64,000 bases of DNA from positions 20,887-84,886 of the forward strand of contig NZ_CAMIAN010000002.1 in NCBI RefSeq assembly GCF_946221155.1. Direction: 5' to 3'. A program made the translations under genes and the position numbers. Source of the DNA: an uncultured Corynebacterium sp. (GTDB taxonomy: Bacteria > Actinomycetota > Actinomycetes > Mycobacteriales > Mycobacteriaceae). The notes beneath the pieces were generated by a model that made no database searches, was not told the DNA's origin, and saw only the letters and a list, made by a program, of their open reading frames with translations. The stretch's first letter is position 1, and each line of letters starts with the position of its first letter. Positions 8,348-18,313 of this stretch are shown one piece after another.

Positions 8348-9655
8348 GTGGGTATGTCTGCAGGTATGTCTGAACAACTCTGGCCGGCTCCGGTCGCCAC
8401 CGAGCCCGTACAGGCCACCGTGGCTATCCCCGGCTCGAAATCCATTACAAACCGTGCGTTGATCCTCGCCGCGCTGGCGGATGCGCCCTCCACCATCACC
8501 GGCGGTCTGGTGAGCCGCGACACGGAGCTGATGATGTCGGCTCTGCGTTCCATGGGAACCCAGATCCTGTTGAAGAACGACCAAATGTACGTCACCCCGG
8601 CGGAGAAGCTGCACGGCGGTCAGGTGGATTGCGGTCTGGCTGGCACCGTGATGCGCTTCGTGCCACCGATCGCCGCCCTGGCTACCGGCACGGTTGCCTT
8701 CGACGGCGACGTAGAGGCCCGCCGACGCCCGATGTCCACCACTTTGGATTCCCTGCGTGCCCTTGGCGCCACCGTGAAAACAAGCACCGAGTGCAACCCG
8801 GAGGGGCTGCCCTTTTTCGTGGAGGGTTCCGGGGAGGTCCAGGGCGGAGAGATTACCATCGATGCCTCCCAGTCCTCCCAGTTCGTCAGCGGCCTGCTCC
8901 TGGCCGGTGCGCGCTTCACCGAGGGAGTCACCGTTATCCATGAAGGCAACTCCCTGCCCAGTCAGCCCCACGTCGAGATGACGGTGCAGATGCTGCGCGA
9001 GGCCAGGGTGAACGTGGAGACCTCCTTCAACCGGTGGACCGTCCGCCCCGGCCCGATCAGCGGCCGTCAGTGGCACGTAGAACCGGACCTGTCGAACGCC
9101 ACGCCATTCATGGCGGCGGGTGTGCTCACTGGAGGCAGCGTGCGCATCCAGAACTGGCCCGCCATCACCAACCAGCCGGGCGACCAGTTCCGCCAGATCC
9201 TGCTGGACATGGGCGCGGAGGCGGAGCTGGACGTCCACCACGGCGACCTTGTCGTCTCCGGCACGGGCCGTGTCAACGGGATTACCTGGGACATGCACGA
9301 TATTGGTGAGCTCACCCCTACCGTCGCCACCCTGGCAGCCCTCGCAGACAGCCCCAGCCACCTCTACGGAATCGCGCACCTGCGCGGACACGAAACCGAC
9401 CGGCTCCAGGCCCTGGCGGATAACATCAACGCTCTCGGTGGCAACGTCGAGCAGACCGCCGACGGACTGATTATCCACCCGGCTGCCCTGGAAGGCGGCC
9501 GCTGGGAATCCTACGCAGATCACCGCATGGCCACCGCCGGAGCGATCCTGGGTCTGCGTGTCGAAGGCATCCACGTCTCCGACGTGGACACCACCGCCAA
9601 GACCCTTCCCGGCTTCCGCCGCCGCTGGGCGCAGCTGCTGGGCCAGGAACGTTAA
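8348..9655 (+). CDS. aroA: 3-phosphoshikimate 1-carboxyvinyltransferase (EPSP synthase)
   Basis: [17 protein letters not shown] and LRGHETDRL motifs; collinear with Mtb AroA. Start is ambiguous (GTG 8348, ATG 8354 or ATG 8366). Confidence 0.9.
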   Translation: MGMSAGMSEQLWPAPVATEPVQATVAIPGSKSITNRALILAALADAPSTITGGLVSRDTELMMSALRSMGTQILLKNDQMYVTPAEKLHGGQVDCGLAGTVMRFVPPIAALATGTVAFDGDVEARRRPMSTTLDSLRALGATVKTSTECNPEGLPFFVEGSGEVQGGEITIDASQSSQFVSGLLLAGARFTEGVTVIHEGNSLPSQPHVEMTVQMLREARVNVETSFNRWTVRPGPISGRQWHVEPDLSNATPFMAAGVLTGGSVRIQNWPAITNQPGDQFRQILLDMGAEAELDVHHGDLVVSGTGRVNGITWDMHDIGELTPTVATLAALADSPSHLYGIAHLRGHETDRLQALADNINALGGNVEQTADGLIIHPAALEGGRWESYADHRMATAGAILGLRVEGIHVSDVDTTAKTLPGFRRRWAQLLGQER

Positions 9656-10663
9656 ATGGGGCGACGGCACAGCAACGCCCGGCACTGGGACGAATCTGAC
9701 GTCCGCGTCCGTCCAGGCAAGGGCTCTCGCCCGCGGACCAAGGATCGGCCGAGCCATAAAAATGCCAAGCGGGGCATGGTCGTCTCCAAAGACCGCGGCC
9801 GCTGGGGTGTGGTGCTGGACGAAGACGGCACTCTCGTCACCTGCATGCGCGCCCGCGAAATGGGGCGCACCAACGTGGTCGTCGGAGACCACGTCAGCGT
9901 GGTTGGCGACACCTCCGGAAAAAAGGACACCCTGGCACGCATCGTGCGGCTCGAGGACCGCACCTCCATTCTGCGACGCACGGCAGACGACACGGACGCT
10001 TTCGAAAGAATCGTCGTAGCCAACGCCGACTACCTGTTGATCGTCAGCGCCGTGGCCGATCCGCCGCCACGCACCGGCTTCGTAGAACGCGCTCTCATCG
10101 CCGCTTTCGTCGGTGGCCTCACTCCGCTGGTGTGCCTCACCAAGTCTGACCTTGCCGACCCCAGCGCTTTCGCTGCTGAGTTCCGCGATCTCGACGTAGA
10201 AGTCCTCACCACTGGGGTCAGCGACTCCCTGGACCAACTCACCGAGCGCATCACTGGCAAGGTCAGCGCCCTTATCGGCCACTCTGGGGTGGGCAAATCC
10301 ACCCTGTTTAACCGCCTTATCCCCGACGCAGAACGCGCCACCGGGGAGGTCAGCGGTGTGGGCAAAGGCCGGCATACTTCCACCCAGTCTGTCGCGCTCC
10401 AGCTGCCTGCGGGTGGCTGGATCATCGACACTCCTGGCATCCGCAGCTTGGGCCTCGCACACGTCGACCCGGATACCGTGGTGGACGTCTTCGAAGACCT
10501 CCGCGAGGTCACCGAAGACTGCCCCCGTGGCTGCACTCACATGGGGCCGCCCGCCGACCCGGAGTGTGCCCTGGATGCCCTTAACGGTGCTTCCGCTCGG
10601 CGCGTCACCGCGATCCGCCGCCTGCTGGAGGCTCTGCGCAGCAACAACGAGTGGGAGATGTAG
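9656..10663 (+). CDS. rsgA: ribosome small-subunit-dependent GTPase A
   Basis: GHSGVGKSTLFNRL P-loop and C-terminal zinc finger CPRGCTHMGPPADPEC. The ATG immediately follows the aroA TAA. Confidence 0.9.
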   Translation: MGRRHSNARHWDESDVRVRPGKGSRPRTKDRPSHKNAKRGMVVSKDRGRWGVVLDEDGTLVTCMRAREMGRTNVVVGDHVSVVGDTSGKKDTLARIVRLEDRTSILRRTADDTDAFERIVVANADYLLIVSAVADPPPRTGFVERALIAAFVGGLTPLVCLTKSDLADPSAFAAEFRDLDVEVLTTGVSDSLDQLTERITGKVSALIGHSGVGKSTLFNRLIPDAERATGEVSGVGKGRHTSTQSVALQLPAGGWIIDTPGIRSLGLAHVDPDTVVDVFEDLREVTEDCPRGCTHMGPPADPECALDALNGASARRVTAIRRLLEALRSNNEWEM

Positions 10664-10671
10664 CTAACCTG

Positions 10672-11178
10672 CTACATCAAATCCACCAGGAACGGCAGCT
10701 CCTTCGCGTCGTACCAGCTCATCAGGTTGTCCTCGCAGTCCCCCAGCGCGAACTCCGCGTCCTCATCCCCCAGGTCAGCCGCGTCGATGCAGTCGATCGC
10801 CTTGGCCGTGGCGGCCTCCGCGTCGGCGTCATCAACATGGATCGCCAACAATTGCTGCACCTTCACAGTTGCAGGGTCCAGCCGCACCACGGACTCACCG
10901 TCGGCAGGCGCCAAGGACACCGCAGAGTCGTCAATCTCCGCGCTAATCACCACACGCCGGTGTGGAAAACGTTCCTCCGCGCCCGCGCTGAGCAGACGCA
11001 GCGAGGCCCGCGCAGCGTCCAAGAAGGCCGTATACGCCAGCTCCTCCTCGTCGCCGCCGGTGTAAAACTCCCGCACCGCCGGGGTCAGAGCAAAGCCCAC
11101 CGCGGAGCGCACCGGGTGCTCCCCCTGCTCCGCGAGGGTGCCCAGCATGTCAAAGGTCGCAGGAATGTACACCAGCAT
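10672..11178 (-). CDS. conserved acidic hypothetical protein
   Basis: 168-aa ORF with clean gene-like codon usage and no recognisable motif. Confidence 0.55.
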   Translation of the reverse strand: MLVYIPATFDMLGTLAEQGEHPVRSAVGFALTPAVREFYTGGDEEELAYTAFLDAARASLRLLSAGAEERFPHRRVVISAEIDDSAVSLAPADGESVVRLDPATVKVQQLLAIHVDDADAEAATAKAIDCIDAADLGDEDAEFALGDCEDNLMSWYDAKELPFLVDLM

Positions 11179-11181
11179 GAT

Positions 11182-11592
11182 TTAAAACTCCCCCTCCAGC
11201 TCGAACACGCCGGTGATTTCCACCACCGCGCGGTCGAACTGCTGGTAGTAAATGCCGATCAGGCCCGCATCCACGGCGCCGCGAATGTTCAGAATGTTAT
11301 CGTCCACCAGCACCAGATCCTGTTGTGGCAGGTCCAGACGGTCGGCGGTGATACGGAAGATCTCCTCCGAGGGCTTCTCCGCGCCCACCTCACCGGACAG
11401 CACCACGGCATCCACGTAGCCGCCCTCCAGCCACGTGCGGATGGGAGCTGCGCCCGCCCCACCCGGATCGTTGGAAAGAATCGCCGTGGCAATGCCCTCC
11501 GCTCGCGCCGCCGACAGCAGCTTGCGCCACCGCCTGCGATCCTCCTCGGCGCCGTCCAACACTCCGCAATAATCAACTACTAGTCCACGCAT
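11182..11592 (-). CDS. small HAD-superfamily hydrolase-like protein (variant motif I: DYC instead of DxD)
   Basis: LVVDYCGVL (motif I), TAILSND (motif II), EKP (motif III Lys) and LVDDN (motif IV); 136 aa with a minimal cap. Confidence 0.6.
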   Translation of the reverse strand: MRGLVVDYCGVLDGAEEDRRRWRKLLSAARAEGIATAILSNDPGGAGAAPIRTWLEGGYVDAVVLSGEVGAEKPSEEIFRITADRLDLPQQDLVLVDDNILNIRGAVDAGLIGIYYQQFDRAVVEITGVFELEGEF

Positions 11593-11728
11593 GCCCTACA
11601 TTCTGCCATCTTTTTGCCCTCTGGCGCCCCGCGGGACGCGCACTTCGCTATAGTTATGCCCGTATGGCGCCTTCGGGGGAACGCACCGTACGGCATCACT
11701 GGCATGAACAACAGGGGGATTTTCATTC

Positions 11729-12229
11729 GTGACCACTTCAATTACTGCGCGCCCACTTCCGGACTTCGTATTCCTGCGCCCGCCCACCCCGGCCGTTGCT
11801 GTGCAGGCCACAGAGAGGGAGGTCACTGATTCTTTTCGGGACGCCAACACCCCACCGCCTCAGCGCATCGCGCAGATCGTAAAAATGTGGCTGGAGGCTT
11901 TAGAGGGGCGCCGTCCGATCGACCATTTGCGCCGGGCGCCCTTCGGGGAGCGGGTACTCGAGCAACTGCGCGTCCGCCGGCACGTGCGGCCGGAACCGAC
12001 GAGTGGGAGGGCGGAGAAGGGGGCGTCAATAATAAGCCTGCACATCCAGCCCAGCGCGGGCGATTGCGTTCGCTTTTGCGCATCGGTGCAGATGGGCGAG
12101 AGGGTGCGAGCCATTGCGGGCAGCATGCCGCAGCACACGCAAAAGCGCCATGCGGAGCTGCATCAACTGCACAGCTCCGCACGGCGCGGAGTCAAGATCT
12201 GGGCGATCGATAGCCTCAGCTTGATCTAG
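11729..12229 (+). CDS. conserved hypothetical protein (Rv3235-like position upstream of secA); start uncertain
   Basis: 166-aa ORF convergent with secA; an internal ATG at 11885 is an alternative start. Confidence 0.45.
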   Translation: MTTSITARPLPDFVFLRPPTPAVAVQATEREVTDSFRDANTPPPQRIAQIVKMWLEALEGRRPIDHLRRAPFGERVLEQLRVRRHVRPEPTSGRAEKGASIISLHIQPSAGDCVRFCASVQMGERVRAIAGSMPQHTQKRHAELHQLHSSARRGVKIWAIDSLSLI

Positions 12230-12232
12230 AGC

Positions 12233-14836
12233 TTAGCCACCCATGGTGGTCTGCGTAGCGCGGTCCACGGCCACGCCCTCGTTACCAGCCGCCGGGTCCT
12301 CGACATGCACCTGGCCGGCCTGCTTCAACTGGTTGCGCACCAGGAACAGCTGGCGGACGGTCTCTTCCTTGATGCCGTCCTTCATGCGGTTAAACATGTC
12401 GCCACCCTCGCGCTGGTACTCCACCAAAGGATCGCGCTGCGCCATCGCACGCAGGCCGATGCCCTCCTTCAGGTAGTCCATCTCGTAGAGGTGCTCGCGC
12501 CACTTCTGATCCACGACGTTCAGCAGAGCTGCTCGCTCCATGCCACGCATCTGCTCCTCGCCGGCAATCTCCGTGACCTTCTCCTCCAGCTCGTCGTACT
12601 CGCGGTTAGCATCCTCGAGCAGCGCATCCAGCAGCTGGGAAGAGCTCAGCTCGCCTGGGCGGCCGTACTCGTCGCCTTCCACCAGTTCTTCGTGGGTGAA
12701 AGTCGGGCCATAGAGGGAGTCCAGGGCGTTCCACAGGGTGTCCAGGTCCCAATCCTCGACATAGCCCTCGGCGGTCGCGCCATCGACGTATGCCTCGATC
12801 GTGTCCTTCAGCATGCTGCGGATCTGCTTTTCCACGTCCTCGCCTTCGAGGATCTGGCGGCGTTCGCCGTAGATCACCTTGCGCTGCTCGTTCATGACCT
12901 CGTCATACTTGAGCACGTTCTTGCGCATTTCGAAGTTGGCAGACTCCACCTGGGACTGTGCGCCCTTGATGGCGTTGGTGACCATCTTCGAGTCGATGGC
13001 CTCGTCATCAGGGATGTTCAGGCGAGTCATCATCGCCTCCATCGTCTGGCCAACGAAGCGCACCATCAGGTCATCACGCATGGACAGGTAGAAGCGGGTC
13101 TCGCCCGGGTCACCCTGACGGGCGGAACGACCACGCAGCTGGTTGTCGATGCGGCGGGATTCGTGACGCTCCGTGCCCAGCACGTACAGGCCACCGACCT
13201 CGCGAACCTTCTCTGCTTCTTCCTTGGACTCCTCGCGGACCTTCTCGATCTCGTCGTTCCAGGCCGCTTCGTATTCTTCCGGAGTCTCCACCGGATCCAG
13301 GCCGCGCTCGCGCAGGTTGATGTCGGCGATGATGTCCGGGTTACCGCCCAGCACGATGTCCGTACCACGGCCAGCCATATTGGTGGCCACGGTGACCGCA
13401 CCCAGACGGCCTGCCTGGGCGACGATCTCCGCTTCCTTCTCGTGGTACTTGGCGTTCAGCACATTGTGCTTGATGCCGCGGCGCTGCAGCAGCCTAGACA
13501 GGTACTCGGAGCGTTCCACGGAGGTCGTGCCCACCAGCACCGGCTGGCCGGTCTCCACACGCTCGGCAATGTCCTCGGCCACGGCCTCGAACTTCGCCTC
13601 CTGCGTCTTGTAGATCAGGTCGACGTGATCCTTTCGCTGGTTCTCCTTGTTCGTCGGGATCGCGGCGACATCCAGTTTGTAGGTGGACTTCAGCTCGGCG
13701 GCCTCAGTCTCCGCCGTACCGGTCATGCCGGCCAGTTTGTCATATAGGCGGAAGTAGTTCTGCAGGGTAACGGTAGCCAGCGTCTGGTTCTCGTTTTTGA
13801 TCTCGACGTGTTCCTTCGCCTCGATCGCCTGGTGGATGCCCTCGTTGTAGCGACGGCCGTCCAGGATGCGGCCGGTGAACTCGTCGACGATGACGACCTC
13901 GCCATTGCGGACGATGTAGTCCTTGTCGCGGGTGAACAGCTCCTTGGCCTTGATGGAGTTGTTCAGGTAGCTCACCAGCTGAGAGTGCTCCGGGGCGTAT
14001 AGGTTCTCGATGCCCAGCTGGTCCTCGACGAACTCCACGCCCTCTTCCTTGACGCCCACGGTCTTCTTCCGCTCGTCAATTTCATAGTGGATGTCGCGAG
14101 TCAGCTTCGGGGCGATAGCCGCGAAGGCAGTGAACCACTTGCTGGATCCCTCGACCGGACCAGAGATGATCAGCGGAGTACGGGCCTCGTCGATGAGGAT
14201 CGAGTCAACCTCATCCACGATGGCGTAGTTGTGGCCACGCTGCACCAGGTCGTTCAGAGAGTGCGCCATGTTGTCACGCAGGTAGTCGAAGCCGAACTCG
14301 TTGTTCGTGCCGTAAGTGATGTCGGCGTTGTAGGCCTCGCGGCGCTCGGCGGGGTTCTTGCCGCTCAGGATCACATCGGTGCTGAGCCCCAGGAAGCGGT
14401 GAACACGGCCCATCCACTCGGCGTCACGCTTAGCCAGGTAGTCATTGACGGTAACAACGTGCACGCCCTTGCCGGATAGCGCGTTGAGGTAGGCAGGCAG
14501 CACACAGGTCAGAGTCTTACCCTCACCGGTCTTCATCTCGGAAACGTAGCCGAAGTGGAGGCCAGCGCCACCCATGATCTGCACTTTGTAGTGCTTCTGG
14601 CCCAGCACGCGCCAGGAGGCCTCACGCGCGGTGGCAAAAGCCTCGAGCAGGATGTCGTCCAGGCTCTCGCCATCTTCCTGAACTCGCTTCTTCAGCTCAT
14701 CGGTCTTGGCCTGCAGTTCCTCGTCGGTGAGTTTGGTGTATTCCTCATCGAGGTCCATCACCTGGTCGGCGATTTTCGCAAGACGCTTAACCGCACGGCC
14801 TTCGCCCATACGGAGGATTTTCGAAAGTCCTAGCAC
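12233..14836 (-). CDS. secA: preprotein translocase ATPase SecA (SecA1)
   Basis: 867 aa, collinear with Mtb SecA1 from the N-terminus ([11 protein letters not shown]...KTGEGKTLT...). GTG start has an AAAGGA SD 6 nt upstream. Confidence 0.97.
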   Translation of the reverse strand: MLGLSKILRMGEGRAVKRLAKIADQVMDLDEEYTKLTDEELQAKTDELKKRVQEDGESLDDILLEAFATAREASWRVLGQKHYKVQIMGGAGLHFGYVSEMKTGEGKTLTCVLPAYLNALSGKGVHVVTVNDYLAKRDAEWMGRVHRFLGLSTDVILSGKNPAERREAYNADITYGTNNEFGFDYLRDNMAHSLNDLVQRGHNYAIVDEVDSILIDEARTPLIISGPVEGSSKWFTAFAAIAPKLTRDIHYEIDERKKTVGVKEEGVEFVEDQLGIENLYAPEHSQLVSYLNNSIKAKELFTRDKDYIVRNGEVVIVDEFTGRILDGRRYNEGIHQAIEAKEHVEIKNENQTLATVTLQNYFRLYDKLAGMTGTAETEAAELKSTYKLDVAAIPTNKENQRKDHVDLIYKTQEAKFEAVAEDIAERVETGQPVLVGTTSVERSEYLSRLLQRRGIKHNVLNAKYHEKEAEIVAQAGRLGAVTVATNMAGRGTDIVLGGNPDIIADINLRERGLDPVETPEEYEAAWNDEIEKVREESKEEAEKVREVGGLYVLGTERHESRRIDNQLRGRSARQGDPGETRFYLSMRDDLMVRFVGQTMEAMMTRLNIPDDEAIDSKMVTNAIKGAQSQVESANFEMRKNVLKYDEVMNEQRKVIYGERRQILEGEDVEKQIRSMLKDTIEAYVDGATAEGYVEDWDLDTLWNALDSLYGPTFTHEELVEGDEYGRPGELSSSQLLDALLEDANREYDELEEKVTEIAGEEQMRGMERAALLNVVDQKWREHLYEMDYLKEGIGLRAMAQRDPLVEYQREGGDMFNRMKDGIKEETVRQLFLVRNQLKQAGQVHVEDPAAGNEGVAVDRATQTTMGG

Positions 14837-14962
14837 GCTGATGCTGTCCTTTGCTCGATTTCTACAACTGGTTAGCTAATTTGTTGGCTCCGGACAATCC
14901 TACCCCCACCCCCAAGGTCACGGGCAACTACACCCGGCAAGTCCGGGCATAATCCAGACATC

Positions 14963-15000
14963 AAAAAGCCGGCCCCCACGAGTTAGTCGTGGAGACCGGC
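14963..15000 (-). terminator. imperfect rho-independent terminator downstream of hpf
   Basis: GCCGG-CCC-CCACGA / TCGTGG-AGA-CCGGC hairpin with an A5 run on the plus strand (U-run on the transcript). Confidence 0.45.
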
Positions 15001-15043
15001 CTTCGAAATGAGAGGCGAAACAGAGAGGAAGCAGAGAAAGGTG

Positions 15044-15748
15044 TTACTTCTCTGCGTCCTTTTCCGCTGCCTTCTCCTCCAAGGTGATCAGACCGTAGTC
15101 GAAAGCGTGGCGGCGGTACACCACGGACGGCTGGCCGTTCTCCTCGTTGATGAACAGGAAGAAATCGTGACCCACTAGCTCCATCTCGCTCAGCGCCTGG
15201 TCAACGCTGATCGGAGCGGCCTTGTGCACCTTCTTGCGTACGATCTGGCCGGGCTTGAACTGATCCTCGTAGGGGTCGACGTCGTACTGGCCGACTTCCT
15301 CCGGCTTGGTCTCCGCCTTCGGCTGTGCCTCTTCCACCAGGCTGGCAGCTGCCTCACCCATGGACATCGGAGTGCGGTGGCCGGAACGGGCAATCTTACG
15401 ACGTGCCTTCACCTTGCGCAGGGAGCGCTCCATGCGGCCAACGGCGACCTCGAGGGCAGCGTAGAAGGAGTCTTCCTTAGCCTCTGCGCGAGCGATGTGG
15501 CCCTTACCGGTTGCGGTGATCTGCAGGCGATCCTGCTGGTCGCCACGGCGCGGGTTGGGCTCGTGCTGCAGCTCCACGTGGAAGAACGTGAGAGTCGGGT
15601 CCAGGCGCTCAATCTTCGCCAGCTTGCCCTTGACACGATCGGCGAAGTGCTCAGGCACCTCAACGTTGCGCCCAGTGATCTCTACGCCTGCCTCGGGTGC
15701 AGCAAGTTCCTCGTTGCCAAAGTCGGACGAGTTTTTGCCGGTCGACAT
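15044..15748 (-). CDS. hpf: ribosome hibernation-promoting factor (long HPF)
   Basis: N-terminal YfiA/HPF domain (VEITGRNVEVPEHF...) plus a C-terminal dimerisation domain; same position as Rv3241c. Confidence 0.9.
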   Translation of the reverse strand: MSTGKNSSDFGNEELAAPEAGVEITGRNVEVPEHFADRVKGKLAKIERLDPTLTFFHVELQHEPNPRRGDQQDRLQITATGKGHIARAEAKEDSFYAALEVAVGRMERSLRKVKARRKIARSGHRTPMSMGEAAASLVEEAQPKAETKPEEVGQYDVDPYEDQFKPGQIVRKKVHKAAPISVDQALSEMELVGHDFFLFINEENGQPSVVYRRHAFDYGLITLEEKAAEKDAEK

Positions 15749-15878
15749 TGCTCAACCTCCAAAGTCATTCACCGCCAGAATCGGGCCGGATTACCCACCT
15801 TCCAACGGCGATCGTTCCAACTCCCAGTCTACCTATTGCCGTGGCTTCACTCGTGCATATACCCCTTATTTGTGTGAC

Positions 15879-16562
15879 CTATGCGCCCGCCAATACCAGC
15901 GCCAATCGAGGATGCACGCCGCGCGCCGAAAGAGCCAGCGCAAACTGCGCTGTTGTAGCACCTGTGGTGCATACGTCATCCACGATCACCACCTCCCCCA
16001 CCCCACGCAATCGCCCGACCGCAGGCGGGTCAAACAGGATGCTGTTGGCCACATTTTCGCGCCGCTGGTGGCGGTCGAGTCCCACCGAATCCACGCTCGC
16101 CTCGCTGAGCCACGCCACCGGGTGAACCTCCACCCCGGGATACAGCGTCGCGGCCACGCTGCAGAAGCGGGTGACGATGTCCCCGCCGCGCTTCCGCGCC
16201 GCCGACCTGCGGGTGGGGGCGGGTACCAGCACCACCCTCCCCAAACGCGGATCCGGCACCAACCCCAGCCCGCTGACGTGCAATATCCCGGCAGCCAACA
16301 CTCGTCCGGCAACGTCGATGGCCGCCGGGCGCAACCGCTCCTTGGCACTGAGTATCAGCATCCGCCGGGCCCCGCCGTACACTCCGGCGGCAAACACCGG
16401 CACCACGGCCACCCGCGGCTGCCAACGCTGCCAGCTCTGCATCAGCTGCAGCCCACAAGCCTCGCACAGTTGCCCGCTGCTCACCGAGCCGCAGCACACA
16501 CAGTCGGCTCGCCATACCAACCCGGCAAGCGCCCCGAGATCCCCCTTAATCCCCATGGACAC
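15879..16562 (-). CDS. comF: ComF-like phosphoribosyltransferase-domain protein
   Basis: N-terminal Cys cluster (CVCCGS...CEACG) and the PRTase motif VIVDDVCTTGAT; same position as Rv3242c. Confidence 0.8.
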   Translation of the reverse strand: MSMGIKGDLGALAGLVWRADCVCCGSVSSGQLCEACGLQLMQSWQRWQPRVAVVPVFAAGVYGGARRMLILSAKERLRPAAIDVAGRVLAAGILHVSGLGLVPDPRLGRVVLVPAPTRRSAARKRGGDIVTRFCSVAATLYPGVEVHPVAWLSEASVDSVGLDRHQRRENVANSILFDPPAVGRLRGVGEVVIVDDVCTTGATTAQFALALSARGVHPRLALVLAGA

Positions 16563-16567
16563 TCAGC

Positions 16568-18313
16568 CTAGTCGGCCAGCACTGGGGTTGCCCGCTTTCC
16601 TTGCATGGTCGGCACTTCGCGCCAGAACCGCGACTCCTCGGATGTGACGTCGAACTGCATCAGCGCATTGGCGTCAGTGACGTAAATCTTGCTGCCGTCG
16701 GTGGCCACCGACACCACCGGGGCGGACAGGTTACGCCCTGTGATCTGCTGTGAATAGGATCCATCGACCTCGATGTCCCACACCGGAGCGTCGTTGGCGC
16801 GCGTGCCCACCAGCACGGATCCGTCATCGGACCAGTCGGCGCTGACCGCCGTGTCTCCTACTGCGTGGCCGATCTCCACCGGCGTTCCCAGCCGCTTCGT
16901 ACCATCGTCGGTTGTCTCCAACGTCACCACGTAGACCCGCCCGTTGACGATCATCACGGCGCGGGCGCCATCGTGCGATACGCGGAAGACGCTGATCCGC
17001 TTCTCGTCTCCGTCGACCATTCCCATCGTGGAGGTGTCCACCTTCCTCTCCCCCACGCTGCCGGTCTCCGGGTTGCGAACGATCTCTGTGATCCGCTCAC
17101 CGTCGGCCACCACGTAGGCAGAGGTGGCATCCAGCCCCCACGTCGGGCGAGTCAGGGAATCCGCCTGCACGGAGCTCACCGGCTGGTCGCCCTTCGCCCC
17201 GATCATCAGCTGGCGCTTGGCGTCGCCCCGCCCGGTCACGGCCGCGTAAACCTCGTCCCGTGAGCTAAGCGCCACGGATTCGACGTAGTTCTGCGCAAGC
17301 CATCCTTCCATCTTCTGCGCCCGGCTCCCGTCCTGCTGGTAGATGTCTCCGCCGGACACAGCCCGCAGCGGGGCCTGCACCTGCACGTTCGGGTCGTACT
17401 GCGAAAGATCCTGCACCAGCCACTTGCCATGCATGTCGTCGGTGATGGGCGTACCGTCCGCCATGAGCTCGTAGGGACCCCGGACCTCCGACCCCGCCAA
17501 GGTCCACACCACCTGTGCCGCCAGCAGCCGGCGCGCATCAGCAGACAGCTCTTGCAGTCCGGTGAAGTGCACTGCGGGGTCTCCCTCACCGTCGTTGGAA
17601 ACTTGGGCGGTGGCGTCCTCAGGAAGAAGGTTTCGCACCGCCTTCTTCAAACGGTCCTGCGGACCCGCAACCAGCAACGAGACCAAAGAGGCTGCGGTCG
17701 ACTGCTGGCCGGTGTAGATCCACCGGCGATCCGGAACTAGCGCCCGGCCGTTGAGATCCGGGAAATAGATGTTGCGCGCGCGATAGGTGCCCACGAAGTC
17801 CTGCCGGTCCAGTACCACGACGTTCGGCAAGTTGCTGATGCGCCACTGGCCGTCGACATTCTGCATCTCGTAGCTGGTTTCGAACGCGGTGTACTGCGGG
17901 TCAAACACACCTCCTACACCCAACGTGCCGACGATGTTTCCGCGCACACGGTAGGTGATCTTAGAATCGTCGCCCGGGCCTTCGGAGGCGATGTCGATCC
18001 GGTCCAGCACCATCGTCGGTGCATCGGACTGCCACCGCCCCTGCATGCCGCCGGTGAGGAACTTCTTCGCCGCCTGGTGATCGCGCAGCGGGTGGGCACT
18101 GGCGGTAAAGAAATCGCGCAGCAGCAGGTCGGAAGGCTGCCCGTCGGTTGGCGTCGGCGCTTCTTGGCCGCTGGGCGCTGGCGCATAGCTGGAGATCGCC
18201 TCGGGGTTCGTGTCATCCGGCAGGGTCGAGCAAGCCGCCAGCAGACCCAGCCCGGCCACCGCAGCCAGTATCTTCGTGACCTTTGTGGTCTTGTTACTCA
18301 TCATCGCCCCCAT
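16568..18313 (-). CDS. lpqB: lipoprotein LpqB (MtrAB-associated)
   Basis: Lipobox LLAAC after a signal peptide, 581 aa, immediately downstream of mtrB. Alternative starts lie 9-12 nt inside the ORF. Confidence 0.9.
   Translation of the reverse strand: MGAMMSNKTTKVTKILAAVAGLGLLAACSTLPDDTNPEAISSYAPAPSGQEAPTPTDGQPSDLLLRDFFTASAHPLRDHQAAKKFLTGGMQGRWQSDAPTMVLDRIDIASEGPGDDSKITYRVRGNIVGTLGVGGVFDPQYTAFETSYEMQNVDGQWRISNLPNVVVLDRQDFVGTYRARNIYFPDLNGRALVPDRRWIYTGQQSTAASLVSLLVAGPQDRLKKAVRNLLPEDATAQVSNDGEGDPAVHFTGLQELSADARRLLAAQVVWTLAGSEVRGPYELMADGTPITDDMHGKWLVQDLSQYDPNVQVQAPLRAVSGGDIYQQDGSRAQKMEGWLAQNYVESVALSSRDEVYAAVTGRGDAKRQLMIGAKGDQPVSSVQADSLTRPTWGLDATSAYVVADGERITEIVRNPETGSVGERKVDTSTMGMVDGDEKRISVFRVSHDGARAVMIVNGRVYVVTLETTDDGTKRLGTPVEIGHAVGDTAVSADWSDDGSVLVGTRANDAPVWDIEVDGSYSQQITGRNLSAPVVSVATDGSKIYVTDANALMQFDVTSEESRFWREVPTMQGKRATPVLAD

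Noticed and set aside
8303-10540. 745-aa minus-strand ORF antisense to aroA and rsgA
   Set aside because: Typical long antisense ORF of high-GC DNA: Gly/Ala/Val/Asp/His-rich, no motif, and it fully overlaps two confidently identified genes on the other strand.
12305-13747. 480-aa plus-strand ORF inside secA
   Set aside because: Antisense to SecA. Low-complexity Leu/Ala/Val/Gly composition and no start context.
15749-15878. TGTGA half-site in the hpf upstream region as a possible second CRP site
   Set aside because: Only a half-site (TGTGAcctatgCGCCC). It does not meet the TGTGA-N6-TCACA pattern.
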